Part shown: in pieces, positions 8,289-17,819 of the stretch
Numbering within the stretch: the stretch's first letter is position 1
Layout of the letters: every line of letters begins with the position of its first letter
Source of the DNA: an uncultured virus (IMG/VR IMGVR_UViG_3300026522_000846)
Lineage: Duplodnaviria > Heunggongvirae > Uroviricota > Caudoviricetes
Virus record (IMG/VR): IMGVR_UViG_3300026522_000846
Direction: 5' to 3' (one strand)
DNA: 64,000 nt
Translations under genes and position numbers: made by a program
Notes under the pieces: generated by a model
The model's input: the letters and a program-made list of their open reading frames with translations, nothing else
Databases searched by the model: none
What the model was told of the DNA's origin: nothing

Positions 8289-8489
8289 TACTTACGTTCG
8301 TATAAATTTTTATGTTTAGTTTTATCACCTGTTCAGCTTATTCGACCAATGCTTGTTAAGAACTACAAATGTGCATACTGCGATGAACATGAAAACCATT
8401 GAAAACAGCCATGTGTTCACTCTGGCACTATTTATTTTATTCCATTCATCAAGGTAACGTTGTTTCCTACCTTTTTTATGCGTAAAGCG

Positions 8490-9689
8490 TTAATCGGAAA
8501 AAAGCTGTTTCAACAATTTCGCCGTATTCGGACAAGCCTGAGGGAACGTATCGGGATGAAGGACATACTCAGTAAACGCTTCCTCAAACCATTGTGCAGA
8601 ATCTGTGGTTTCTGTTGGAACGAATACTTCGCATTCGTTCCTGGGAGTGGATCTGCGATCCACTCCATCTGTCATGGTACTGTCCATTCCGCTGATTTTA
8701 TCAGACTCCGCCATTGTGTTCTGCCAATCAGACTCCTTTGAATACTGTTTTAGGTCATCGATCTGCTTGGCAAATTCCGTCACGATTTCTGTCTGGATAT
8801 GGCTATCGCTTGCTACGGTGTCCTGATCAACATAGATGGTTCTGGACGTGAGGTCAGAACAAACCGTTGCTCCTGTACTTGGCATAGCGTCTGTTGTTAC
8901 GACCTGTATCGAACCGCCTGCGGACTCGAATACTTGCCGTGCAGACTGCGGAATGGTCTGGTAGACCGACTGTACGATCGCATTGGCGTTATTCTTTTTT
9001 TCTTCATCTGCCTTGGCTTTCTCTGCTTCCTCGGCTGCCTTTTGTGCCTCGATCGATGGAATGGATCTGCGATCCATTCCTAGGAACGGTTCTAAAAGAA
9101 CCGTTCCATTCGCTAGTTGACGCTGCCGTTCCTCTTCCTCCTTCTTTGCCTTTTCCTCGGCGGTCTTTCTATTCACGAACGAAGTCAGAAGGTCATTCAG
9201 CGTATTGGCATCCATATACGCACTTTTATACTTTCCCTTTGACATATCGTCTGCGATAGAAGAAACAAGAGTATTCTTTTCCGCAAGGACATCGTTATCG
9301 CTGTAATATCCGTCATCGCTTGGGAATTTGGACAGCGTATTCGCCTTTTCTGCGATACCTTTGGAATTCCGATATGCCCAGAGGATAGAAGAGTAAGCGT
9401 TTATAGGGTCTTTTTTTAACAGTTCTTCATACTTTTGGCTTGCAGAGTCGGACTGTATCGTCTCGGTAAGCAGTAGCTTTCCTGCCTTTTTGAATGCTTC
9501 TTCCTCGGGGTCTGAAAGCCTTGTATATGTGTATGCGGACAGAGGATTTCCCTTCTTAAGCTCTGCCGTCTTTTTCTTCTCGGATTTCTTTGGGTTCGTT
9601 TTATTTGTTAGTGTACCGAGAAACATTCCAAGTGCCAGACACGGCACGATCATTACCGCAATAAGCGTTCTTCTTGTAGTACGCTTCAC
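8490..9689 (-). CDS. Membrane-anchored coiled-coil protein with a degenerate ATLF/Pro-Pro-endopeptidase-like C-terminal domain
   Basis: N-terminal TM; IVTEFAKQID where HExxH would be expected; WFEEAFTEY...CPNTAKLL; two in-frame palindrome insertions. Confidence 0.5.
   Translation of the reverse strand: MKRTTRRTLIAVMIVPCLALGMFLGTLTNKTNPKKSEKKKTAELKKGNPLSAYTYTRLSDPEEEAFKKAGKLLLTETIQSDSASQKYEELLKKDPINAYSSILWAYRNSKGIAEKANTLSKFPSDDGYYSDNDVLAEKNTLVSSIADDMSKGKYKSAYMDANTLNDLLTSFVNRKTAEEKAKKEEEERQRQLANGTVLLEPFLGMDRRSIPSIEAQKAAEEAEKAKADEEKKNNANAIVQSVYQTIPQSARQVFESAGGSIQVVTTDAMPSTGATVCSDLTSRTIYVDQDTVASDSHIQTEIVTEFAKQIDDLKQYSKESDWQNTMAESDKISGMDSTMTDGVDRRSTPRNECEVFVPTETTDSAQWFEEAFTEYVLHPDTFPQACPNTAKLLKQLFSD
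8617..8666. repeat. Palindromic module pair, in-frame in CDS
   Basis: ggaacgaatacttcgcattcgttcc-tg-ggagtggatctgcgatccactcc; encodes GVDRRSTPRNECEVFVP. Confidence 0.9.
9058..9107. repeat. Palindromic module pair, in-frame in CDS
   Basis: ggaatggatctgcgatccattcc-ta-ggaacggttctaaaagaaccgttcc; encodes GTVLLEPFLGMDRRSIP. Confidence 0.9.
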
Positions 9690-12001
9690 TGTTCATCATC
9701 TCCCTTCATCAATACTTCTGCTTCTTCCAGACTCTTGTCACTCATATCCCCGAATATCGCTGAAAGCTGTTTTCTTGTATCCTTTCGTATGTTCGTGTTC
9801 CTGATTTCTCCCATATCCTCGGTAAGGTCGGCTACGAGATCGTTCCTGCTTTGGTCTGTACCTTTGAAAGATTTTGCCTTTTTAAGCACACTGTTTTCTA
9901 TTGCTACGTCTTTTCTATAATCCCTGACCGTATATCCCTTCTGAATGACTTCGTTCGGAAAGTAGTAGGGGAGCGTTTCACTCTCGTGCGGAATAGTAAG
10001 GTCGATTTTCAGCCTTCCCGTTCCTGCTGCTTCGAAATGAGCAGGCTGTTTTCCATTGACCAGGTTCTGCATAACGTCTTTCCAGAGATATGCCGGAGCG
10101 ACCGATGAGATCTGTCCATCCATGCTTTTTGCGTCATCACGCCCCATCCATACAGAAGCGGTGTAGTAAGGCGAGAATCCCGTAAACCAGACATCCTTGG
10201 TACTGTTGGTCGTTCCTGTCTTTCCTGCGGAATCAATATCGCCATCTATCGGTCCCGCTTTCCTTGCCGTACCTTCCGTCAGAACGCCCTTCATAATTTC
10301 TGCCATCTGGTCGACCGTATCACGACCATAGACCTTCACCTCATCAGGTTCTTCATAGATATTGGTGCCGTTCATATCGAGGACGCCTGTAACGCAGGTC
10401 GGGAATCGGTAATATCCCTGATTGGTAAAAGTGCTGTAAGCCGAAGCCATCTCCACAGGATTTGTGCCATAGGTCATGCCACCAAGGGCAGTCGAAAGGG
10501 AATTATCCTCGGGTGAAAGACCGCCAAAATACATTTTCGACAAAGCGTCCATTCCTGACGAAACACCGATCTTGGCAGAGAGCCAGTAGGCAGGACCGTT
10601 CATGGAACGTGTGAGAGCCGTATATAGATCCACAGGAGCACCACCAAGAGCAAGAACATTTTTACTGTGCTTGGCAACAGACACAGTGATGTTGGTGAGT
10701 TTGGAATTTCGGTCATACCCCCTGTCGATAGCGGGAGCGTAGACAAACAACGGTTTCATGGTAGAACCCGGCTGACGGTAGGACTGATAGGAACGGTCAA
10801 ACGAACCGCCGTTTTCCTGTGACCGACCGCCAACTGTGGCGATTATCTTTCCTGAATTGTTGTCATAGACCGCCATCGCTGACTGAACAGAATACAGACC
10901 ATTGTCACCTGTTTTTGTAAATGACGACATCGCCTTATCAAGAGAACCCTGTGCCAGTTGATAAACCGCCGGGTCAATCGCTGTCTGAATGGTGTATCGT
11001 CTATTGTAGAGCCGTTCCTTTGCTTCGGTATAGGCGGTATTATAGGCATTGTCGTATGCCTTTTTCTCGTCATCGGTATTGAATGTCGACTGAAAGGCAA
11101 ATCCGTTTTCCCTCATCAGCTCTTCTACGGCACAATGAATTGCAAAGGACTTCTCCGCAGGACAGGAAGAAGTGCTGAACGCCTTTGCCGATTCCTGTTT
11201 CGGCTGAACTTGGATTGGCTCTTTTTCTGCCTGTTCCTTTTCGGATGCGGTGATAAATCCGCACTCCGCCATATCGTTTAAGATTTTTCGTTGTCTTTTG
11301 ATAGCGTTGTCTTTATTTTTCCACGGATCGTAGTAGGACGGACTGTTCGGGATCGCACAAAGGTAAGCCGTCTCACCGAGCGTCAGGTCTTTGGCAGGTT
11401 TTCCGAAATAGGCATTTGCTGCCTTCTCGATGCCATAGATGTTATTGGCAAAACAGCAGTTATTTATGTAAAAGGTCAGAATGTCGTCTTTGGAATAATG
11501 CTTTGTCAGTTCATAAGCATAGAACATTTCCTTTATTTTTCGCGAGATGGTCTGCTCGGGAGAGAGAAAGGTCATTTTCGCAAGTTGCTGTGTGATCGTA
11601 GACGCACCATGCCGTTCCTTCCCCTTTGTCATCACAAACCGAAGAAGGACTCGCGTCTGCCCTTTGATGTCAACGCCCTTATTCTTATAAAAGGTTCTAT
11701 CCTCAATGGAAATGAATGCCTGCTTTGTCCATTTGGGGATATCTTTTCCATCAAGATAAGTAAAGGTCTTGTATTCGTTCGTTGCAGTACAAAGCACATT
11801 CCCATCCTTATCAAGGATTCGTGATGCCATATCAGGATAGAAGGTATCTTCCGATGACAAGGTGACATCCTTTTTCGCCTGATCCCAGTCCTTTGACAGG
11901 GTGGGGTAGAAAGCAAGGAAGAAGAGCAGAATGCCTACGATTCCAAGTAGGATCAAATATTTAATTAGATTTCCAAAGATAGCAAAGATTTTCTTCATCA
12001 T
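9686..12001 (-). CDS. Class A penicillin-binding protein (transglycosylase/transpeptidase, PBP1A family)
   Basis: SIEDRTFY, GASTITQQLAK, RKIKE; RQPGSTMKP (SxxK), SMN, KTGT; N-terminal TM. Confidence 0.95.
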   Translation of the reverse strand: MMKKIFAIFGNLIKYLILLGIVGILLFFLAFYPTLSKDWDQAKKDVTLSSEDTFYPDMASRILDKDGNVLCTATNEYKTFTYLDGKDIPKWTKQAFISIEDRTFYKNKGVDIKGQTRVLLRFVMTKGKERHGASTITQQLAKMTFLSPEQTISRKIKEMFYAYELTKHYSKDDILTFYINNCCFANNIYGIEKAANAYFGKPAKDLTLGETAYLCAIPNSPSYYDPWKNKDNAIKRQRKILNDMAECGFITASEKEQAEKEPIQVQPKQESAKAFSTSSCPAEKSFAIHCAVEELMRENGFAFQSTFNTDDEKKAYDNAYNTAYTEAKERLYNRRYTIQTAIDPAVYQLAQGSLDKAMSSFTKTGDNGLYSVQSAMAVYDNNSGKIIATVGGRSQENGGSFDRSYQSYRQPGSTMKPLFVYAPAIDRGYDRNSKLTNITVSVAKHSKNVLALGGAPVDLYTALTRSMNGPAYWLSAKIGVSSGMDALSKMYFGGLSPEDNSLSTALGGMTYGTNPVEMASAYSTFTNQGYYRFPTCVTGVLDMNGTNIYEEPDEVKVYGRDTVDQMAEIMKGVLTEGTARKAGPIDGDIDSAGKTGTTNSTKDVWFTGFSPYYTASVWMGRDDAKSMDGQISSVAPAYLWKDVMQNLVNGKQPAHFEAAGTGRLKIDLTIPHESETLPYYFPNEVIQKGYTVRDYRKDVAIENSVLKKAKSFKGTDQSRNDLVADLTEDMGEIRNTNIRKDTRKQLSAIFGDMSDKSLEEAEVLMKGDDEQ

Positions 12002-13173
12002 CGTTCCAACTCCATTTCTGTTTCTTTTTCCTCTGTCATGGACTCTCGGATGGTCGTTAAGAAACATTGAATCTCCTCTCTATCTGTTCCATTGATTTGT
12101 TCGGGCGGTGTTAATGGAAAGGCAAGACCTTCCGACAAAGAGAGGAACCTCTTGGTCGGGATAGAAAGGGTATATTGAATCCGCCTGTCTTTTTTCCATG
12201 TGAATAGTAAATCGCCCAATGGGAATCCGGAAGTTCGACCTTCGGTCTTTAACCCTGACCCTTTGCAAAGCAAAGGCTCAGAGTCGTCCACTTCTTCCTT
12301 TACAGAAAATCCGGGACATCGATTTTGTATTAAGTCACGATATTCTTTGCATAACCGTTCCCGTTCCGCAGTTAAAAAATACTCGGGATGTTGTTCCATC
12401 TGGTAAAGGAAAAGACTTCTCACACGCTCTATCAGATCTTTGGGATAGATTCCGTCACATTTATCTAAAGACATATCCAAATCTTCTAAAGTATATTTGG
12501 TTCGAAACAAAGAACTTACGCCACAAATTTGTTCAATGGCACACACTTGTAATGGATACGTTTTAGAAAAAGGCAAAGAGAAAGCCATATTCGAAATCGC
12601 TTCCATAGAAAGATCCGGGTGCTGTAATAGCTCCTTGGTCATAAAAGAACGACCATTATCAAAGACGATCGGCAGATACCTTCCGTCTGGTTTTTGAAGC
12701 AGGCTAATGTTTCCAAGATTCCGGTCTGTATTTAATACTAACTGGTCAAATTCCAAAAGTTTGCAGAGAAATGTGCTGATGTCATATCCATCGGTTTTCT
12801 CTTTTGCAAGTTGAATGAACTCTCGAATGGTTTGCTCTGTTGGTTGCTCTTTTCGAAGTCGTTCCGGGTCAAAATTTGCCCCATCAATGATGTCCACTCC
12901 CGTGTAGAACCGATCGCCCTCTTCTCGAAAGTTTGGACTTTCGCATCCACGAAATGTAGAAAGACCTGCCTGAATCTGCACAGGTTGATAATGTGCATGA
13001 AGTCCAATGTTTGATTTATCCAAAAGGTCGGAACATATTGTTTCCGCTAACCCTTCGCAACCGCCATACGATTTTTTATCATCTGCTTTATAATATAAGT
13101 CAGTAACCAAATTATGCCATTTGGGTTGTGTACCGCAGAGTGGTAACTTCCACTTCTTACTTACAATTATCAT
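11998..13173 (-). CDS. HipA/CtkA-like kinase
   Basis: GTQPKW...YYKAD, FDQLVLNTDRNLGNI, VFDNGRSF. Confidence 0.8.
   Translation of the reverse strand: MIIVSKKWKLPLCGTQPKWHNLVTDLYYKADDKKSYGGCEGLAETICSDLLDKSNIGLHAHYQPVQIQAGLSTFRGCESPNFREEGDRFYTGVDIIDGANFDPERLRKEQPTEQTIREFIQLAKEKTDGYDISTFLCKLLEFDQLVLNTDRNLGNISLLQKPDGRYLPIVFDNGRSFMTKELLQHPDLSMEAISNMAFSLPFSKTYPLQVCAIEQICGVSSLFRTKYTLEDLDMSLDKCDGIYPKDLIERVRSLFLYQMEQHPEYFLTAERERLCKEYRDLIQNRCPGFSVKEEVDDSEPLLCKGSGLKTEGRTSGFPLGDLLFTWKKDRRIQYTLSIPTKRFLSLSEGLAFPLTPPEQINGTDREEIQCFLTTIRESMTEEKETEMELER
12219..12285. repeat. Second-type palindromic modules, in-frame in the kinase gene
   Basis: gttcgaccttcggtctttaac and tgaccctttgcaaagcaaaggctca; encodes SEPLLCKGSGLKTEGRTS. 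Confidence 0.75.
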
Positions 13174-13523
13174 GATTGATTATCCTCAATAAACTCGATC
13201 CAACAATCGTCTTGTCCTGCACGTCCTTTGAAAAAGCGGACAAGAGCTTCCGGGTCATATTCTTTCAGATGACAATATTTGAGAATGTCATCCAGATCAC
13301 TTCTTCCTCGTGAAAAAGTTCTCCGTTCGAAGAAAGATAAAACATCGTTCCATGTTGGTGATTGTCTAACACCAAACACGGTCGCCATAGGTTCGTTTTG
13401 ATATTTATAATTTTTGTACTTTACTGTCTGCCGATCTGTCGACACCCAAACCTCGGTGATGGGGCTATCGTCATAATCTCGAAAGATGAAATGAATCGGC
13501 TTCTGCTTTTTCTGAAATATCAT
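13170..13523 (-). CDS. HipA N-terminal-domain-like (HipS-like) partner protein
   Basis: FFERRTFSRGRSDLDDIL...EYDP...GR...DDCWIEF; stop overlaps the kinase start (ATGA). Confidence 0.55.
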   Translation of the reverse strand: MIFQKKQKPIHFIFRDYDDSPITEVWVSTDRQTVKYKNYKYQNEPMATVFGVRQSPTWNDVLSFFERRTFSRGRSDLDDILKYCHLKEYDPEALVRFFKGRAGQDDCWIEFIEDNQS

Positions 13524-13538
13524 AAATTTATCCTTTCT

Positions 13539-14078
13539 TTATTTCTTTGAGAACCCAATATCTGTGATGGTTTTCTGCAAGGCATCCATGTGTTTTCCAT
13601 CCCGGGAGATACCGACCAGAAGAACGGTATGTGACCTTGCACCTGTTCCTGCAGGGCCATTCCCCTCTGCATAAACAACAGAGCGGTGTCTTGTGTCCAA
13701 TTCCACATTGACCGCACCTATCTTTCCCAAATGCTCCTTGACGGCATCCATCATGGCGTCAGCAGTATTCTCCTCGGCGGGGAGAAGAAGATACCAGACG
13801 ATATTGTTGTTCATGTCTACGAACCCTTCCGTGCCGTCAGGGAGATCGTCTTTTGCGATGGTATCGCCATTCAATTTGGTACAATTATGGTTTAGAAGAT
13901 ACGTCTCCACAGACTCCTGTGTGATATTAGGAATCGTGCTTTCAACTTTTTCCTTGTGATAGACCTTTGTCCTGACGGGATCTGTCCAAAACTCATAAAG
14001 GGCAAAAGCGAACAGGGCTTCTGCCAAAATGATAAGACCGATGGTACTGATCCGGTTGACTGTATGTACAAACTTCAT
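13539..14078 (-). CDS. Hypothetical membrane-anchored protein
   Basis: N-terminal TM; first gene after the promoter-like motif at 14119-14129. Confidence 0.7.
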   Translation of the reverse strand: MKFVHTVNRISTIGLIILAEALFAFALYEFWTDPVRTKVYHKEKVESTIPNITQESVETYLLNHNCTKLNGDTIAKDDLPDGTEGFVDMNNNIVWYLLLPAEENTADAMMDAVKEHLGKIGAVNVELDTRHRSVVYAEGNGPAGTGARSHTVLLVGISRDGKHMDALQKTITDIGFSKK

Positions 14079-14237
14079 TCCTTTTTTCCTTTTCTGTTTT
14101 TCTGCTTCCTTTTCTTTTTATGAATAAAATCCTAGGAACAATGCAGATTTGAACAAAAAAAGACAAAAAAAATTCCCATTAGGATTGATCTAATGGGAAA
14201 AATATTTGTATTTTCAAAATGTGGTAAATCTGAAGAA

Positions 14238-14966
14238 TTATCTTTCTAACTCGTCTTTTTCAGCTTTTTCGGCTTTCTGTTTTCCTAACGCTCTATTGAT
14301 AGTTTCTTTTATGACTTCTGAATCCTCGAACCCCCAGATCCATTCATCACCAAAAGCGTCCTTCATTGCCTGATATGTACTATCATCGTCAAACAATTTT
14401 GAATCAATGCCGAAATTATAAGCGAAGAAGTCTTTTACATCTTCTCTTGGCTGATTGAAGTCAATAACAGATTCCGGATTTTCCATTTCATATTCAAAGG
14501 CGTTATCCAATGTGTAGTCGATCTCTTCTTCATTTGTTATTTCAGCCGTTGTTTCTGTAAGAGGCTTGCCCGCCTGATGGTGGTTCAGTGCTTCGGCCTT
14601 ATAAAATACCTGAAGTCCGGGTTCATAATCAACAAAATCATAATAAATATCGAAGGTCAGATTTTCCAGAAACTTTCGATTCTCATTATCTGAACCGTAG
14701 CTGTAGTCAAGCCAATCCCCAAAACTTTCAATATTGGTTTCGTATGTCCATCTGCCTTCCGCAAAAAATGAATCTTCTACAGTTAAGCATTTACCGTCTT
14801 TTTTTATGTCGCACGAAGTTATATCGTACATGTTATCTAACGTCGTAGGATAAGCTTCTTCCCTGAACGAATCGTTTATCAAAGTCACCGCTCTTTCAAG
14901 AGTCTCGAAAGAATCTGTTTCTACAGAAATTCGTATATTTCCCTGTGCATCTGATATATTCGCCAT
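14238..14966 (-). CDS. Acidic hypothetical protein ending ...KDELER
   Basis: ATG at 14966 with AGGAG RBS; the longer ORF call merely runs through the repeat cluster. Confidence 0.7.
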   Translation of the reverse strand: MANISDAQGNIRISVETDSFETLERAVTLINDSFREEAYPTTLDNMYDITSCDIKKDGKCLTVEDSFFAEGRWTYETNIESFGDWLDYSYGSDNENRKFLENLTFDIYYDFVDYEPGLQVFYKAEALNHHQAGKPLTETTAEITNEEEIDYTLDNAFEYEMENPESVIDFNQPREDVKDFFAYNFGIDSKLFDDDSTYQAMKDAFGDEWIWGFEDSEVIKETINRALGKQKAEKAEKDELER

Positions 14967-15026
14967 AGTTTTGCTCCTGTTCTTTTTGGCATTATCACTT
15001 TGTTCTACACATACTATGTGTAAAAT

Positions 15027-15244
15027 TAATGGAAAATGGAAAGGATCATAGATGTTCGCTCTACGAGCTTTAACTCTTCGCCTAATGGAAAGGATCGTAG
15101 ATCCTTTCCTAGGAACGATACTACCGTATCGTTCCATTTTGTGAAACAAAGGCTCAGATCCTTTCCTAGGAGTGGATCTGAGTCATCGCGTAGCGATGAC
15201 GAAGAGTTAAAGACTATAAGTCGAACATCAAAGATCCACTCCAT
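15027..15244. repeat. Large nested palindrome cluster (intergenic)
   Basis: Several GGA..TCC hairpins joined by CCTAGG with nested modules; 94 bp identical to 49359-49452 and 69 bp identical to 27456-27524. Confidence 0.95.
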
Positions 15245-15265
15245 GAAATGGGAAGGCAGAAGTCG

Positions 15266-15775
15266 CTATTTGACAATCTTCTTTCGCTTCGGAATTTTTA
15301 CAAGATCTGCTATTGTCATGATACGTCCATACAGATCACCTTCCTCCGCAACGTGTACCAACGTATCATTATCAACAGACATGATCGTGTAGGTTGTATC
15401 AGAGTAGAGCGACCTGACACGATCTCCGACCTGAAACGTTTCCTTTTTCGTCTTTTTCCTTGGAGATGTTCGCGGAGATGTTCGACCTGCGGTCGTTAAC
15501 TCTTCGTTATCGCTCTGCGATAACTCAGATGTTCGTGCTACGGGCGTTGTCGGCTTGGGCGAAGCTGTCGGTTTTTGTGAGTCTGTCACTTTTCGTTTCG
15601 GACGTTTTCGCATTCTTTCATCGATCTTGCCGTTGTTGTGGCAGGTATATGTTACAGACAATTCTTTCGTCAAAAAGTGCAGCACGTTCTTTTCGGCAGA
15701 CAGAACACGAATATCCTTACCGTATTTCTTCTGTGCTGTTTTCAGCATAAGTTCCTGTTTTTCTTTCTGTATCAT
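15266..15775 (-). CDS. Basic hypothetical protein with in-frame repeat module
   Basis: Operonic position; RTSELSQSDNEELTTAGRTS is encoded by palindromes at ~15465-15535. Confidence 0.65.
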   Translation of the reverse strand: MIQKEKQELMLKTAQKKYGKDIRVLSAEKNVLHFLTKELSVTYTCHNNGKIDERMRKRPKRKVTDSQKPTASPKPTTPVARTSELSQSDNEELTTAGRTSPRTSPRKKTKKETFQVGDRVRSLYSDTTYTIMSVDNDTLVHVAEEGDLYGRIMTIADLVKIPKRKKIVK

Positions 15776-15778
15776 CCT

Positions 15779-16093
15779 TTATGTTTCCGAACGTTCTTTA
15801 CTTTTCAGCCATTCCTTCATACGTTCTCTTGCAACTTTTCTCTGTTCTTCCGTCATCACTCTCGAAGCAGTAGATGACCTGAAACTTATCAGCTTCTTCG
15901 GACATTCAAACGTCTCGCTGACGGTCTCACCATTAGATTTTCCCTGATCTATCTGTTTCCACTCTTTAGGATTCTTCTCTACAAGTTTATGCAATCTTGT
16001 CAGCATCGTGGTATCAGAGGTGTAAATGATTGCCTTATCACTATCCCTCATAAAATTGATTACCGTTTCCTGTTCGTTAATGTGAACGCTCAT
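15779..16093 (-). CDS. Hypothetical protein
   Basis: Translationally coupled ORF; EQETVINF...IYTSD...PKKLISFR...MTEEQR. Confidence 0.75.
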   Translation of the reverse strand: MSVHINEQETVINFMRDSDKAIIYTSDTTMLTRLHKLVEKNPKEWKQIDQGKSNGETVSETFECPKKLISFRSSTASRVMTEEQRKVARERMKEWLKSKERSET

Positions 16094-16509
16094 CGCTCTT
16101 CCCCTCCTTTTTCCATCTCGTTCTCTTTTTCGAATTTCCGAAGGTCGGCGAAAAGAGAATCTAGGTCTTTGTAATCGGAATAGTTAAGTCCCGCAAATCT
16201 GCAAGCACTTTTATATTCTTCGGGTTCAAAGACGCTCCAGTAATCGGCATCGTTGACGTCTTTCAGAAAGTCTCTGAATTGTTCTATCGTTGCGATGTTT
16301 GAATACTTCATAGTCAGTACGTCATAAACTTCGCTCAATTCTTCCTTGCCATCCGTGACATAATAGGCATATACAACGTAGTCAGAGGGGTTATAGCAAT
16401 ATCTCCATTCATTTGAACCGTTCGGATCATCATTTAATTCTTTCAAAATTTCATCGATGTTCTCGCCCTCTGCAAAAACGCGTCCTATACTATCCATTAG
16501 CTTTGTCAT
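16090..16509 (-). CDS. Acidic hypothetical protein ending ...GGEER
   Basis: RBS AAGGGG; overlaps the next gene (ATGA). Confidence 0.75.
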   Translation of the reverse strand: MTKLMDSIGRVFAEGENIDEILKELNDDPNGSNEWRYCYNPSDYVVYAYYVTDGKEELSEVYDVLTMKYSNIATIEQFRDFLKDVNDADYWSVFEPEEYKSACRFAGLNYSDYKDLDSLFADLRKFEKENEMEKGGEER

Positions 16510-16539
16510 TGTTTTCCCCTTTCATGTTTGGCCAATAGG

Positions 16540-16725
16540 TCACGCTTCGACAGTCTCGACCTTGTAATCGTTGTTATCCATACCGATCCAATTCTTGTAT
16601 ATCCTGAAATATCCTTCGTAATACTTAAGATTTGTAACCTTGCAGGCATAACAACTCTTGTATTCTTTGACAACTACCATTTCAGTCACCTCATTTTCCT
16701 TTTTGTTTGTAAATCTGATTTTCAT
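16540..16725 (-). CDS. Small hypothetical protein
   Basis: RBS AAGGAG and promoter-like motif 16749-16759 directly upstream. Confidence 0.6.
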   Translation of the reverse strand: MKIRFTNKKENEVTEMVVVKEYKSCYACKVTNLKYYEGYFRIYKNWIGMDNNDYKVETVEA

Positions 16726-16808
16726 GAAATTTCTCCTTCTGCTTTTTCTATGCGTAAAATCCTAGAAAGCAAACAAAAAAAACAGGAAAATATTAAGTGA
16801 CTTACAGC

Positions 16809-17819
16809 TCAATCTCTTTCAAGAGCGTTTTCATCGTTCGGTTCTTCTGTCTCTTCCTGATTTGTTCCAGTAGGCGTAATGGGAATGCCGCTTCTATCTG
16901 TTAGGATCGCACTCTTGAATTTGGCTTTATCCAGTTGTTCCTTGGCGATAGCGATGCCTGGCATTCTGGAATTATCAAACACAGAGCCGTCAAGTGCTAC
17001 GGGACTTCCCTCTGTGTCCTTATGTACGAAGTCAGCTTTTTCAAGGTCAACATTTGTGAAGTCACAGTTGAGTATTCGTGTGCAGTCACCAAACGATGCT
17101 CTGGTCAGTTCTGCACCTGTGAAATTGGTTCTCTCGATATTCGTATCACGGAATGTAACGTCAGGCATAAATGCGTGAGTAAATGTCGCATTCTCGATAC
17201 TGCAATCATTAAATACCGCTTTCATCACAGTAGCTCTGTCTGCATATGTACCGTCAAAGTTTGTGCTGTCTATGTCAGCCTCGATCAGGCTTGCTCTGCT
17301 TAAGTCGGTCAGGGAAAAGTTTCCGAATATGACGCTCATGCCGGACAGATATGCGTCATTAAACTTCGACTTGGTGAAATCTACTGAATTGATGACGCAA
17401 TCTGAAAGATCCGCATTACTGAAATTGCATCCCCTGAATCCCCTTTCTCTGTCGAACGGCTTATAGCTTGTGTTTGCAAACATTGCTTTTCTGAATTTAG
17501 CACCCTGAAAATCAACATACGGAGCGTAACAGTCTGTAAATTCGGCATTGGAGAGGTCTGCTCCTTCAAATCGGGAGTTTACGATCCTTACGTTTGTCAT
17601 CTGACACTGTTTCATTTTTGTATCAGAAAACGTACAATTTCGAAGCTGAACATTGACAAATCTTGCATAGGAAAGGTCGTATTTGGAAAGGTCTGCATGA
17701 TTTATCGTACAGTCTGATATTACAACCTTAAAATCTTCCCAGTTCGGCACATCCTTCTTGACATAGTGTTCGTTGTTCTTGCAAAGCTCATAAAGTTTAG
17801 TGTTGTCCATAGTGTTCAT
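16809..17819 (-). CDS. Pentapeptide repeat protein
   Basis: Continuous A(D/N)(L/F)xx repeats; N-terminal HYVKKDVPNWED cap. Confidence 0.9.
   Translation of the reverse strand: MNTMDNTKLYELCKNNEHYVKKDVPNWEDFKVVISDCTINHADLSKYDLSYARFVNVQLRNCTFSDTKMKQCQMTNVRIVNSRFEGADLSNAEFTDCYAPYVDFQGAKFRKAMFANTSYKPFDRERGFRGCNFSNADLSDCVINSVDFTKSKFNDAYLSGMSVIFGNFSLTDLSRASLIEADIDSTNFDGTYADRATVMKAVFNDCSIENATFTHAFMPDVTFRDTNIERTNFTGAELTRASFGDCTRILNCDFTNVDLEKADFVHKDTEGSPVALDGSVFDNSRMPGIAIAKEQLDKAKFKSAILTDRSGIPITPTGTNQEETEEPNDENALERD

Noticed and set aside
8323..8487. Small hydrophobic minus-strand peptide (VNTWLFSMVFMFIAVCTFVVLNKHWSNKLNR) behind a promoter-like motif at 8477-8487, as a possible type I toxin
   Set aside because: No convincing RBS/start pairing and no antisense evidence; too weak to call
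15027..15244. CRISPR array interpretation of the palindrome clusters
   Set aside because: No constant repeat alternating with unique spacers; units vary, nest and are dispersed; no cas genes in the window
14967..15392. ORFs 15026-15244, 15036-15392 and the extension of 14238 to 15149
   Set aside because: They are translations of the repeat cluster without a convincing RBS; a better start exists at 14966
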